Below, piece by piece: positions 10,750 through 26,758 of a stretch of 64,000 nt of DNA; positions within the stretch are counted from its first letter, which is position 1; every line of letters starts with the position of its first letter. The position numbers were made by a program, and so were the translations under genes. The stretch lies in the NCBI GenBank assembly GCA_000182565.2, contig KQ257458.1; one strand, written 5' to 3'. This DNA comes from Spizellomyces punctatus DAOM BR117. Lineage: Eukaryota. The notes beneath the pieces are model-generated. The model was given only the letters and a program-made list of their open reading frames with translations, did not search any database and was not told the DNA's origin.

Positions 10750-11014
10750 ACCCGAGCAGTATCTAATAAGCAATCGAAGCACTTCACGCTCGGGCAGTGT
10801 GCCATGTAAAGTAACTTCACCCTTACGAGACATAATGAAATGCTGGAAACCATTCTGAGCAACTGTCAGGCCATCAGGAAGCAACACAGTCTGTGAAAGA
10901 TACTGGGAATAGATAGTTATCGTGAAACAGGAAGACACACTGCATTTCGTTTACAGAGTATCTAGAAGCAACGGAGAATGACTAAAAGTGTACAGCTGGT
11001 TCTATGTTTATTGC

Positions 11015-13504
<2,490 letters not shown>

Positions 13505-13833
13505 GAAAGACAGGTTGGGGTTTGCAATGAGTGGCATGATGGAAGAAAGGTTTAAGAACTGATCTGCGATATATCAACGAATACACTTGATAAACAGATT
13601 CCCGGCATGGGCGCCGACGTCATGTAACCTTTTATGGAAGGTATAGCATAAGCAAGCTTCCCGTCACACACGTGAGCCTCATGTGATCACTTGCAAAGAG
13701 TAGGAAGACAACGCTTTCGCCAACGACATATCTGTCCTCCAGTCGCCCAATTTCCGAAGAGTCGTTGCAGAAAGGCACGTTCGGGAGGGTCCATCAACGT
13801 CCATCTATCCATCCATCCATCACAAATATCGCA

Positions 13834-14373
13834 ATGGCCCCTGCGCAAAAGAAGACCAAGAAGAGCATCGGTATGAACAGGCAGACGCTTCGTTGAGATA
13901 TTGTCGCTCTGTTGAACCATGTTGACATTGTGGCGATCATTTTCAGAGTCCATCAACTCGAGGCTCGCTCTCGTGATGAAGAGTGGAAAGTACACCCTCG
14001 GTTACAAGTCCACCTTGAAGACTCTTCGTCAGGGAAAGAGCAAGCTCATCATCATCGCTGGTAACTGCCCGCCCTTGAGGAAGAGCGAACTCGAGTACTA
14101 CGCCATGTTGTCCAAGACTGGTGTGCACCACTACTCTGGCAGTACGTATTGACGCAACTGTAGTTTCGCTTTTGTTTTCAACTCATTTGAGATGGGAACC
14201 ATGGTCCGGCCCCATTGAACTATGAGTGTGGACCCCCAACTGGGTCTAACCTGATTCTTCCGCTTTTAGACAACATTGATCTCGGAACTGCCTGCGGTAA
14301 ATACTTCCGCGTTGGCGTTCTGTCCATCATCGATGCCGGCGACTCTGACATTATTGCCAAGCCTTCGGCCTAA
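13834..14373 (+). CDS. RPL30: 60S ribosomal protein L30 (eL30), 3 exons
   Basis: [60 protein letters not shown]. Confidence 0.98.
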
Positions 14374-14837
14374 GCACCGGTTTTATCGACCTGGCTGTAT
14401 CATAATGTCATCTGGTTAAATATATTTAAAACCCTACTGCCGTGCCTGCATCCTGATCTGTTTATCCACCTCTGATGTTGCATATCGTCGTGGCTTCTAT
14501 GTGTAATGTTTTTCTCTATTACTTCAATAAGCGCAGAGGATATCTATCCATGCTTGATCCGATGCTGATGAGGTCAAGAGCCCGTCAAAACGAACATTTG
14601 CCCCACACTTTTGGTAGATTTGGATGTCTTCCCTCTTGCATGATGATGATGTTTGACATTCTTAAAACAACGGTTTTAATCGCTTGCATTTGCCCATGAA
14701 TGTGGCTGGTACTGGCAGCATAGTCGGCGAAAAACGGGACCTTCTGAGTGGACACGTGATATTCTAGTGATCTTTCACCGACTTCCATCAGCTGCAAACA
14801 GGACTGTTTTTGGTACAGCATCAGAGCACTACAGACC

Positions 14838-16500
14838 ATGTTCTCACGAGGAATCACCAAGTTTAGTTCATGCGCACGGCCGCTATTGACTCGCAAGTCT
14901 ATCGCCCGTTCGGTAGGCTGGGTTTGGCTGGTTTCTTCACAGGATGTCAATTTTAAAATGGGCGTAATTTTTAGGTTACCTACCGTGGGTTTGCTAGCGA
15001 GGCTGCTCCAGGAATTGGCTTCGGTTTGACGGACGAGCAAAAGGAATTGCAGGAGCTGGCTCGCAAGTTCACGGCGAATGAAATCATTCCAAATGTGGGC
15101 ACTCCTTCCACTATGTTTAAGTGCTGCTAGCGGGAATGCTAATTCCAAAGGTTGATTGCAGGCGGCTCACCACGACCGTACCGGCGAGTATCCCACTGAG
15201 ATCTTGAAGAAGGCGTGGGAGGTTGGTTTGCTCAACTTGCACGTTCCCGCTGAGAACGGTGGTCTGGGTCTGGGTGTGCTGGACTGTGCTATTGTGTCCG
15301 AAGAGTTGGCCTATGGTTGCACTGGGATTCAGACGGCTGCCGAGGCCAACGGACTGGCAGAAGCGCCTGTCATTATTGCTGGCAATGCTGCACAGAAGCA
15401 GAAGTACCTTGGTCGTATGACTGAAGAGCCCTTGATGTGCGCCTATTGCGTAACTGAGCCAGGAGCGGGTTCAGACGTTGCCGGGCTTCAGACCCGTGCG
15501 GTCAAGAAAGGTGACAAGTGGGTGATCAATGGTAAGTGGACAACTCCCTTTCAATTTTTGTAATCTTGAAGCTTACCGTCGTGGAAGGCAGCAAGATGTG
15601 GATCACCAATGGTGGAAAGGCGAACTGGTACTTTGTCCTTGCCCGAACCGATGACAAGGCCTCCACTGGAAAAGCATTCACTGGCTTTATAGTTGATGCT
15701 GATACTCCTGGTATTACTGTTGGGAAGAAGGAAATCAACATGGGCCAACGTGCGTCGGACACTCGTGGTATCACCTTTGAGGAGGTTGTCGTCCCAGAAG
15801 AGAACGTCCTTGGTGAGGTTGGCGCTGGGTTCAAAATTGCAATGGGTGCGTTTGACATTACGAGGCCACTCGTGGCCGCCGCGGCCGTTGGCTTGGCGCG
15901 CCGGGCTATGGACGAAGCGGCGAAGTACTCTCTTGGTATGTCACGGCAGCTAGGATTGTCATTTCGTCGAATTGAACTCACAATTCTGCATGTCTAGAAC
16001 GTAAGACCATGGGACAGCCTATTGCTAATCACCAGGCTGTTGCGTTCATGTTGGCGGACATGGCGATTGGTACCGATGCTGCCCGAAACCTGGTGTGGAA
16101 GGCTGCATGGCTTCGCGATCAAGGAAAACGAAACACCTACTACGCATCAATGGCGAAAGCCTTTGCGTCTGAAATTGCAAACAAAAATGCAGCTGATGCA
16201 GTTCAGATCTTTGGTGGAAATGGTGAGCTCTGTTGATGGCGTACCTAGGGTTTTCCTTTTCATTTGTATTGAAAATACATGACATTCCATTAGGTTTCAA
16301 CTCTGAATATCCAGTGGAGAAGTTGATGCGGTAAGGAACTGATAAGGCCACGATATTACGTTGTGTCGTAGATTGATTCGCCCATTTTCCTTTGCAGAGA
16401 TGCCAAGATTTTCATGATTTATGAAGGAACTTCCCAGGTTCAGAGACTGGTCATTTCCCGAGGAGTCCTGGACATGGCGAAGGCTGGGTATGTGTACTAA
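14838..16500 (+). CDS. ACADM: Medium-chain acyl-CoA dehydrogenase, mitochondrial
   Basis: [64 protein letters not shown] and [18 protein letters not shown]. Confidence 0.95.
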
Positions 16501-16667
16501 GCAGAGAATGGCAGGATAGCTTAAAATTGTTATTATATGTAATGAATAGATGCCTCTTTCTCTAACGTCGACGGACAGTAGCAAACTGGCCTGATCAACA
16601 GGATGCTGCTATGGGCGAACTTCCTTTTCTTGAGACTACAATTTGTTCTTACGGGTTTGATGACGCT

Positions 16668-17972
16668 TTACTCCAACAGGTTAATCAGCGATCCACTGTG
16701 AGCCTGAGTGGCGGTGTGTCCACGCGCCTTTGAAACCTTTGCTTCTCTTAGCCCGGCCAGCTGCCCTTCGCTCTCCAACAGCCGTGCTGCCGCGTGCTGG
16801 AATGAAATATTATGGCCTAAATCAAGCACATACCGGTCCAACGAGCCGTGGCCTTACCTTCAAGATTTGAAGAGATTGCTCAACAACATGCAGATGGTCA
16901 TCCACATAGTGCTGGCTTACACTTCGCAGGCGGGACGTCAGAGGATTATTTGGGAAACTGGACCATAGAGATCAAGTGAATAGAGCGAAGACATACTCAG
17001 GGCATTGCACAATTACGCACCACGCTGTTGGAGATGCGTTTGGGATAAACCATTCGTGCTGAATTTGGGAGCTTTCAACCATATTGGAAATGACCACAGG
17101 AAGCCTGCAGAATTCACTGTACATTCGCACGTAAGGTCATTGCAAAACGCGGTAGAAGGCTACCGACAACTAACCTCGACCCGGGCTGACAGTGGAAGAA
17201 CGCGAAGTCCAAAGTTAACGTAGCAGGATCATCATTAGATGAAGTGAATATGCCAAAGATTTGATGCTGATTCGGGGAGACTGCACACAGAGAATGGTAT
17301 ACCGCTGCTTCTCTTAGGGACATGGCAAGCTGCCCTCAATGAGAAAGGACCGCCGAAGCTGAGATGGACATATCGCTTACTTTTGTATTACGCCGCCACT
17401 TGAACATGCCAATAATAGACTAGAGGTAAGGCACGGCATTAGATCAGCTACAACGCTGCCGATTCACGTTCGGTTCACAAAACACAAAACCCACACTCGA
17501 TTTTTGGCACGTTACCCGTGCCAAGCGATGCGAAAGAATCTCTCCTGCCGATGTATACAAACGGTTTTCTGGGTCAATTCGTTCGAACGAGGATAAAATG
17601 ATTTGCGTCTCCTCCTGCGAGTCGTCGCTTGCTAGGTCCGTTGTCTTAGTCCACCGTTAAGTACAATCTCGACCGTGAGTCCTCTTCAGTGCTCTCGGCT
17701 ACCGCCCACCTTGGCACGGGTAGTTCTGCGAACAGTTCCAAACTAAAACGGGAGCTAAACGCTTTAGCTCTTTGTGTATACCATTAAACTGTGCAAACAG
17801 ATATTACCAGAACTCCTTCCACATTTCCCTGCGTAGATGAATTGAGCATTTCTGCAACAGGAACACTGTTAGCGCCGTTACTGTGGTAGAACAGAAGCAC
17901 TTTGACTTTACCATGTTGCAGCAGAGACAGAAGAACCCCCGGTATATGAACAGATGTCCCTGAATCTGTCAT
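16668..17972 (-). CDS. Abraxas/ABRO1 (FAM175)-like MPN-minus scaffold of the BRCA1-A/BRISC complexes; many small exons
   Basis: Hand-spliced: MTDSGTSVHIPGVLLSLLQH / EMLNSSTQGNVEGVL / FGTVRRTTRAK / ..ENRLYTSAGEI.. / IIGMFKWRRNTK / LAMSLREAAVYHSL..QIFGIFTSS..ATLTLDFAFF / RLPVVISNMVESSQ / ..HAAARLLESEGQL..SLINLLE*. The order is colinear with Abraxas motifs (EGFLLG, FYNSSGEV, VVGWYKFRR, MTFRER.LH, RVPLVVANL). Confidence 0.75.
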
Positions 17973-18113
17973 CGTTCCTCTACGGGCAGCCCCACAGAAG
18001 CCAAGATGGCCTCACGCGTCCGGATTTGGGGACGCGAATGAATCATAGTGCCCAACTAGCAGGGTAACCTGCAAGGTAACGGAATTTCTTTACGCTCTTA
18101 CTCGCTAGAGTCT

Positions 18114-19190
18114 ATGGCCTCATCGATAGGTTGGCCATCACTAGATCAGGCAATACGATATTGTGACAATGGCTAACGTTGTGGAGTAGATCCAGGGTCG
18201 GATACACATGGGAAACCAGCTGAGACGGTAACTGCCATCCCGTGCGATATTTTGGAACTTGACCCAGAGGAAAGGAAGGTATTACGACCAAGAACATTCG
18301 GGTCTGGATAAATCCCTTTATAACAAAAAAACTTTAGGTTTTGAAGCAACAAGCATGCGACCACAAGACTGCCGGGAACGAGCTATTTAAAGCAAAGGAG
18401 TTTGAAGACGCAATTCGAAGGTAGCGCTGGAGGCGGGCAATACCAAATGCTTAGTTCCATGAATCTTCTCTCACAATATCTAGGTATGAGGAAGCCTTGG
18501 CCATCTGCCCTGAGGACGAGAATGAGGATCGAGCGGTCTTTTATTCGAATATTGCGGCATGCCACATGCAACTGGTGGGCTGATATTTTCGCCTCACCAC
18601 TTGGAACGTACTAATAATCAGGGGTTGTTTTCGAACGTAGAAAGAGTATGAAAAAGCAGTAGAACAATGCACACAAGGTATCATCACGTTCGGATGCAGG
18701 AAGTTGAAGAGTAGAACCCTAATGTCCCGCAAGCGTTGAAATGCAACCAGAACTACGTCAGAGCGCTGTCACGACGAGCTAAGGCGAACGAATGCATCGG
18801 TTCATGGTCGTCATTGAGCGACGCATTGCGAGGTGGGTTGTGTGTACCGTTCCGAAGCAAGGGACGACCCTAATTTTGCGTGTAGACTACAGGGCGGTTC
18901 TGAAACTATCACCTGGCGATGAACAAGCACAGAAAGCGGTGAACATACTACCCAAACGGATAGAAGAGCAGCAAGAAAAAGAAAAAGCCGAAATGATAGG
19001 TACGCTAAGGACGGAAACGACAATCACGTATGGCGCCTACTAACAATGATTTTATCACGTCGTGGGGCTGGTAGGTAAACTGAAGAACCTTGGTAACAGC
19101 TTCCTTGGTAATTTCGGACTTTCGTTGGACAACTTTGCAATGGATCGAGATCCGGTCACTGGTGGATATAGTGTAAATATGACCAAATAA
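18114..19190 (+). CDS. TTC1: Tetratricopeptide repeat protein 1-like
   Basis: GNELFKAKEFEDA..YSNIAACHMQL..YVRALSRRAKANE; C-terminal [44 protein letters not shown] is characteristic of TTC1. Confidence 0.9.
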
Positions 19191-19249
19191 ACCGGTCTCT
19201 CTTTACTAGTACAACTGGCACCGCACTTGTTCACCGTCACCCTGTCCTG

Positions 19250-22200
19250 GACACTATGTGTGATGTGTAGAAGCTTCATTTGCACGAGCCACATGTGGAA
19301 TTTGTGGCCGCATTTTAACAGCTGGAACAGCTTGTTTGATTTGGGAAAATGGCATTACCAATTCCAAGGGATGAATTAGCTTTCTGTGTGGGCCCCTGGA
19401 TCCTGCGATGTCATCCAAATAAGCCAATATTCTAGACTGAACAATGTCCACTACCAGCTAGTCTGTCCGTCACCTCACTGCTCTGACGGCTTTTGTAAAC
19501 AGTCCTAGCAATGTCGTAAAAATTTGCCAGTGGCATAAGTGTGCTTCACTTGTGGTACTTGACTGTAGGTCTGGTTCCCACTTCTGGCCAATTGGGAACG
19601 GACTTGCTTGCTGAAAGCGGCTGTATGGCTTGATACACCTCATGGCGGATTCTCTGTCAGCGAACCATAGCGGCAAGTCTCACGACAAATAACGGTATGG
19701 AGGCGATGTCAAAATTTCTGCCCCGACAAGCATCCAGACGTTCCTGGATTGCCGTAAGCTCTGTACAGTCATGATGCCTCAGGGCTCCGATTTGATACCA
19801 AAGATTGAATACAGTTCTCGCGGGATGGATAGCAGGTAGCTGTTTAAGAACAACTGGGGCATAGCGTCACAGCCGCTCATTCCCGTAGGATTGAATTTGG
19901 AAGTGAGACTGCGTGTATTTCCTTGCAGACATATCTGTTAGTCCGTAGGCGATTACTAGCCGTCTTGACGACGTGTGACATCCGATGTCGTACACTGTCG
20001 ATAGTTATCGATCTCTATCGGTTGCAGATATCCGGCGACATTTTTGGTATGGATGATGTGTTAGCCGAGGTTGTCGTGAAATGTAAGCGAATTTCAGCTC
20101 ACACCTGTAGTGGGACACATCGATCCAGACAAGGATCAAGTTGATATACGTATGAATAAATAACTTTAAGCATTTAAGCTGGAAGAATGACTTGTACTTG
20201 TTGTAGAGTCCAGGCCTATGATTAGATATGTCCATTAAGTTCAAGTATAGAGATGCCCTAACCCTGACGCCAAGTTCTTACTTCAGATTCAGAAACCTCT
20301 TGCCTAATAGTTAGCCCTGCCGTGGACCCGCGCCATGCTGTCTCCCATGTCTCCATATCCTCGAAATCACAAAAAGAGATACGCAACTGGTTAGAAGTTC
20401 CTTTCTTCACATGTATTCCCTCATGGGCCCTCCTGAGGTAGTCCCTTTCCGCTACTGTGAATCCGTGATTTCCTAGGGCAGGAAGCAGACCATATAATGA
20501 TGCGGGCACCACCTATGATCGGACAAGTGCACCACTCAATGTTGCCATGCGTGCGTAGGGTGGTGCTCAATGTACTTTGTACGCTCGGTATTTGTATGTC
20601 CATTAGTGACTGGAAGATGGGAGAGGCGACGCATGGGTCGCTGCGAATACATAAACCAAAAGATCCTGCTCGCCAGTGGTTTACCCAGAACACAACTTCT
20701 ATCGACCTATTTCACCATGCAAGCTGAGCACTGGTTTGATTTCAATTATGCTTCCATAGGATATAAGTAGCTATAAACTGCATATTTTGTTTTTCTTCAG
20801 ATCTTTTCTTAAGTGCGTTGCATACATGGGTTCACACTACTAGTAGTGACATATATGACCAGTATTTAAACCTCCAGTCAGAGTGTTTACTTATCAGACA
20901 GCGCAGAAACAAAGCAGAACCACACCATCGTTGGCGTTAACCAGGTTTTAATCCCGCCATAGTAACAGCTATAAAATGGCGAGTTAAAGAATGCAACAAC
21001 AACAATGCACAAATGGAAGAAACTGCTTGGAACAGTCGGATTTTGTTCAGGGGCACACAACAAATGAATAGACTACCACATATTCATCATTTGAATACAT
21101 CAAATTCAAGCTACTGCTATGTTTCTGATCAGTAAACACTTCGATACGTCGTACTGTCCTGCTTCCATGGCCACTACATACTCTCCCAATCTGAAGAAGT
21201 CTCGGTGGATTCCTCTTGACTCTTTTCTTTCATATAATGTGCGAATTTAGCACTCTTCTCATCTAATTTCATCGCTCTTTAAACTAGATGTTATTGATTT
21301 TGTCATTGCGGATAGATTTGCCGGTCAGTCATACCTGATAAAATCGTTCCAAGAGGAGTGCTCCATGAAAGCGTTGGCTTTTTCGCGGAACTGTTCAGCT
21401 TCTGTGATGAAAACATCACATGTCCCGCCAAGAAAGCAGATAGCTTTAGCAAATTCAAAAGAGCCATATGACAAAAACACTTTGTCTGTAAAATCGAAAT
21501 CGGGTTCACAGATTGCGAGCAGGCGCAAGAACAGAGCGCACGGTATGTCAGTTTTCGCCTATACAACGTAAGTTGACAGTCAGCTTGGTGCGTGTAGGTC
21601 ATGGTGAATTTACGGATGGGTTACCTTCCCAATGCCTGACAAAATCATATAGGGGTGGCAATCTGTATCAACCCCCTCAAAGCGATCCATCTGCTGTTTC
21701 CAGCCTTTCAATCGGCTACCGGTGTAAATTGTCACAAGGCCGGTACTTTCGAGATTGTGCTTGGCCGAATTGACCCAGTAGTATACTTGGCCGGGGTTTT
21801 TCTCGTTGATCGCGGTGTATTCCACAGGGCCAGAACAGGCCTGAAAAACGGTCTTTAGCGACAGATCCTCACGAAAAATGCCCCTGCCAACTTACCACAT
21901 ACATTGGGGGAGCGCCTTTGATTTCCGCGCTATTTGTCTTGGAGACTAGCTCCAATGCGCTTTCGATGCGATTTGAACCAAGAATATCATCATGGTTGTC
22001 TATAAAGACCCCCACGTATCGGTCCGTTTTTCGCCCAATTAAACCGTCGAATTCGTCTCAACGGTACACTTTAATCTTTCCTGGTGTCACGCTTGCCGAC
22101 AAGCGGACTTTTCCCTTGGATGATACGCTTACTCCCTTTTGTTGTTTTATCCAATCCGAGTCGAAGGCATCGTCATTCATTTCATTTTTAATGGCAGTCC

Positions 22201-22700
22201 ACATTTAACGAAGAGGAAGAGGGAACTTTCCTAGAGAGAAGTCGAGGTTTCGTCGTCTTGCATGAAATAGGGGGCATAGCTGTATATTCACGACGGTATC
22301 TGATCGTCTTTGATCCCCCAACTTTTGTTCTTGAGATTAAAGTAGACATCCTTGGCCTCAAAAATCTAAGAATTTCACCTTTAAAAATGAATAATAATGC
22401 CTCCAAACTATCCCTATAACTCATTACTTTCGTCCTGTAGACCAACAAAATAGAACCAAAGTCCTATTCTAGTATTCCATGCTACTGTATTCAAACATAG
22501 GCCTGCTTCAAACACTGTAATCTTTTAGACCAGCATACTCTTCATTGTTTCTTTTACTGGAATAACTGGCACTAGAATAACTTGCTGTTCGGGTGTCCGA
22601 TGCTGGATGTTGATGACTCAGCAACAGTCCGGATCCCGTGATATTTTGAACGAGGTAAGTGATATCCTCAGTCGATTTGCTTCTTGCGTCCATGTTAGCA
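19250..22700 (-). pseudogene. Decayed coding relic(s) with in-frame stops, frameshifts and residual splice sites; part resembles an amino-methyltransferase fold
   Basis: 3.5-kb gap in an otherwise gene-packed region. Minus-strand frames are broken by TGA/TAG (e.g. 22058-22060) and a frameshift near 22025, yet GTAAGT/GTAACC donors and AG acceptors remain at about 21895-21840 and 21625-21560. Confidence 0.5.
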
Positions 22701-22837
22701 GCGTCGTATGAAATTTATTATGCACCATTTGTGGGCCAGGACGTCAACGTTTTATCCAATTCGAAGACGAGAGCTCCGTAAGGAAAGAGGACGCGAGTAG
22801 AGGCGTAGAATACAACGAGATCTGACGGAGTGCGGTT

Positions 22838-24672
22838 ATGAGGGTGGGTGTTGAGCACCGCTGACCTCCAATTACCTCCTTAGATAGCTAACGCTCGTGC
22901 AGACAGCCAAAGGGAAAAGAGGACAATATAGCGCTGTAAGCAATCCGCGAAAAGTCAAGCTATCAAAGCCAAAACAGACATTCTCTGATGAGGGCTCGGC
23001 AAGCCAAATAGCGAAGGATGTATACCCACAAGAACCTACCCAGGTCCGTGGTCGTCAACCAGTAGACCTTGCTTCCGTAGACGGAGGCTTGTTACGAGAA
23101 AAATTGGGAAATTCAGCGACCACAGTCACGACATATAGTCCAGCTTCAATGCAGTTTTTGGCTGAGATATTCCCGGAGACCTTAAAAGAGAACCTTGAGG
23201 AGGCACTACTCATTTGCGAGGGCAACGTTGAAAAGGCAGTGGATTCCTTGTTGTCCGATGCGAATGACTTATTAGATGACGTGTGTTCCACCTGTTCCAG
23301 CTCCGAGCTTTCATCAAATGGAGAAATTTCGAGATTTGATGATGCTGCGTCCTCAGGTTCTCTTTCTTCGTCTACGAGCAAGGGAACGGCTTCATCGTCT
23401 GAGAGCCACTGTCTTGGACGCAAAGATAATACCAATGCGAATGGGCCAGAACTTGCGACTCTGTCTGCCATGTTTCCGGACCATGATCAAAGAACTATCT
23501 TATCAGCTCTGAATACCCATCAGTTTGATATGGATCGAGCGGCAGACACGTTGCTGCGGTTGACACTTGATGAAATTCCAGATAATAGAGTGTGCAAAGA
23601 GGATGAGGTACTTGCTGCGTTGATGGAGATTTTTCCCGAACAACCTTTAGATATTCTGCGTATCACTCTCCGACGCTGTGGCGGACTTGACGCTACTGTA
23701 CAGGAATTGACTAAAGATATCAAGACCGCGTGGGGGAGGAAGTGTGATGGGCGTTGTAGTGCCATGGGACATCCTTGTGTTTACCATCGATCTGAGAAAC
23801 CCATTGACATGGAGATGACAGCAGATAGAAGGCTCCGAAGAGCAGACTCTGCTTCCATGTCATCTCGCTCAGGTCCCATCTTCACCTTGAGCGCACGAGG
23901 CTCATCGTTGCCAGTTTCGTCTCGGATCCAAAATGTGGCGAATGATGTACGTTGGTTGCACGTCTATCTTGCATTATAGGTCTATGGTTGACTCTCTCAA
24001 TGACTTTGTGTGTAGGTGGAACAAACTGGTGGTACCAGTTCCGCACATGCAAATCCAAGTGAGATCAATTTTCTGGACCCTGGAGAGTGTCGGCAAGTTG
24101 CTCAGAGCTTTCGTGAGAAGCGCGATGAAGCGTTCCGCAGAGCAGCGAAAGCTTTCAGGAAGGGAGACCTTACTGGCAAGGGTTCCGCTGGATACTTCAG
24201 TCAAGAGGTGCGTTGGGGCTTGTCGATGAGCTTAATTGGATAGGTTGGAAATGACTCATTGCATCATAGGGTCGGGACTTGACAGAGCAAATGATGAAGT
24301 GGAACAGCCGTGCAGCGCAGGCGACCATCCAACGCAATAAGTACGAACTGTATCTATCAGATGATTTCTCTACTTTCGCAATTGCTTATAGTATACACAA
24401 GAGCGCGCTTCCAGGGCGATCCATTTGTCATAGATCTACACGGCTTGACCGTCAATGAGGCAGTGAAGTATGTGGACGAAGCAGTTAATGAGTGGTATTC
24501 AGGAAACGGTGCACACGCGAAACCTCAGAAACCGCTGCAAATTATAACTGGCTCTGGACAACATTCGTCGCATGGGATTCGAAAGCTGTATCCCGTGATA
24601 TATAAACGCTTATCCGCAAAAGGGTGGACCGTCCGTCCGGGCGGAAGCGGTTGGTTTTTTGTTAAGCCGTAA
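22838..24672 (+). CDS. CUE-domain (x3) plus Smr endonuclease domain protein (Cue2/N4BP2-like)
   Basis: CUE motifs FLAEIFP..AVDSLL, LSAMFP..AADTLL and LMEIFP; DUF1771-like RDEAFRRAAKAFRKG; Smr motifs IDLHGLTVNEA..IITGSGQHS. Confidence 0.9.
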
Positions 24673-24829
24673 TAGCACGTCCTATAGGGACGCTTTTTTA
24701 TAGAAACGAATGACCAAATGTATAGAGGTTTGAATGGAGGAGGTGGTTGGTTCTTTATTAAGCCGTAGGAGTAAGTCTTCGGGGACGCTTTTTATGGAAA
24801 CGTGTGACCACATGTATATAGGTTTGAAT
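24640..24829 (+). repeat. Imperfect tandem duplication (~95 bp x2) of the Smr gene's last codons and 3' UTR
   Basis: Copy 1 at 24640-24735 and copy 2 at 24736-24829. Shared GGTTGGTT(T/C)TTT(G/A)TTAAGCCGTA, GGGACGCTTTTT and AGGTTTGAAT. Confidence 0.9.
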
Positions 24830-24844
24830 TTTGCCTGTATTTAC

Positions 24845-26134
<1,290 letters not shown>

Positions 26135-26758
26135 ATTATCTATCCTTCGTGTGTCTGAAGTACTCTCCTCTGCCGATACGTTAAAGATGCCTTGTTAGCT
26201 TCCCAATAGACGAGCGCAAGATGAAATAGCCAGGTAACAGAACGCGAATGTTGAGGTACTTCTGGTTGAGAGCCAGAAACATGACTGTGCACGTAGTGGT
26301 GGCCATGGAAACACTTACGCGTCATCTAAGCAGGTAAAGGGCTGCAGCGATGCCAATTGGGTGCATGAAGTTGCATCGTACGCAACGTTGACTATAAAAG
26401 TTGAGGCAGGAAAGTCGCTGTATCATCCTATAGATGTAGAATAATTGAGCTTTAGAAGAAGGAATATAGCAGAAATTTGCCTGGAGAGCGTTTATTGAAC
26501 CACCAGAGTTTTCAACGTTTCTGCCATTAACATAAAGATGATTTGAAGATTGCTGAATTCTCAATAATGACCATCAAAGTAAATCAGCAGGATATCAACC
26601 ACATCCGCTGCGAGTCCATCAGGCTATTTTCCTAACGTAGTTTTTAAATATAACATGAATTGCAAGTTTGGAACGCGGACCACCGATGACTCATTCAGCA
26701 GTTGGCTAACCTCCATCCAAGCGGCTGCCATTCGGATCTTCGCCTCAAGCGGGGAACG

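Noticed and set aside
14565-14750. CTGATGA hammerhead core or C/D snoRNA (ATGATGA..CTGA) between RPL30 and ACADM
   Set aside because: No GAAA core or closing stems for a hammerhead, and no recognisable rRNA antisense element or terminal stem for a snoRNA.
17355-17420. TPP riboswitch-like CTGAGA..CTTGAA..ATAAT
   Set aside because: Spacing and stems do not fit, and the sequence is the antisense of Abraxas-like exon and intron.
17513-17722. Apparent MITE: perfect 13-bp inverted repeat TACCCGTGCCAAG / CTTGGCACGGGTA with TA ends
   Set aside because: Both arms and the interior fall in exons and splice junctions of the Abraxas-like gene (..TTRAK| and ..HRLAR), so it is most likely coincidental.
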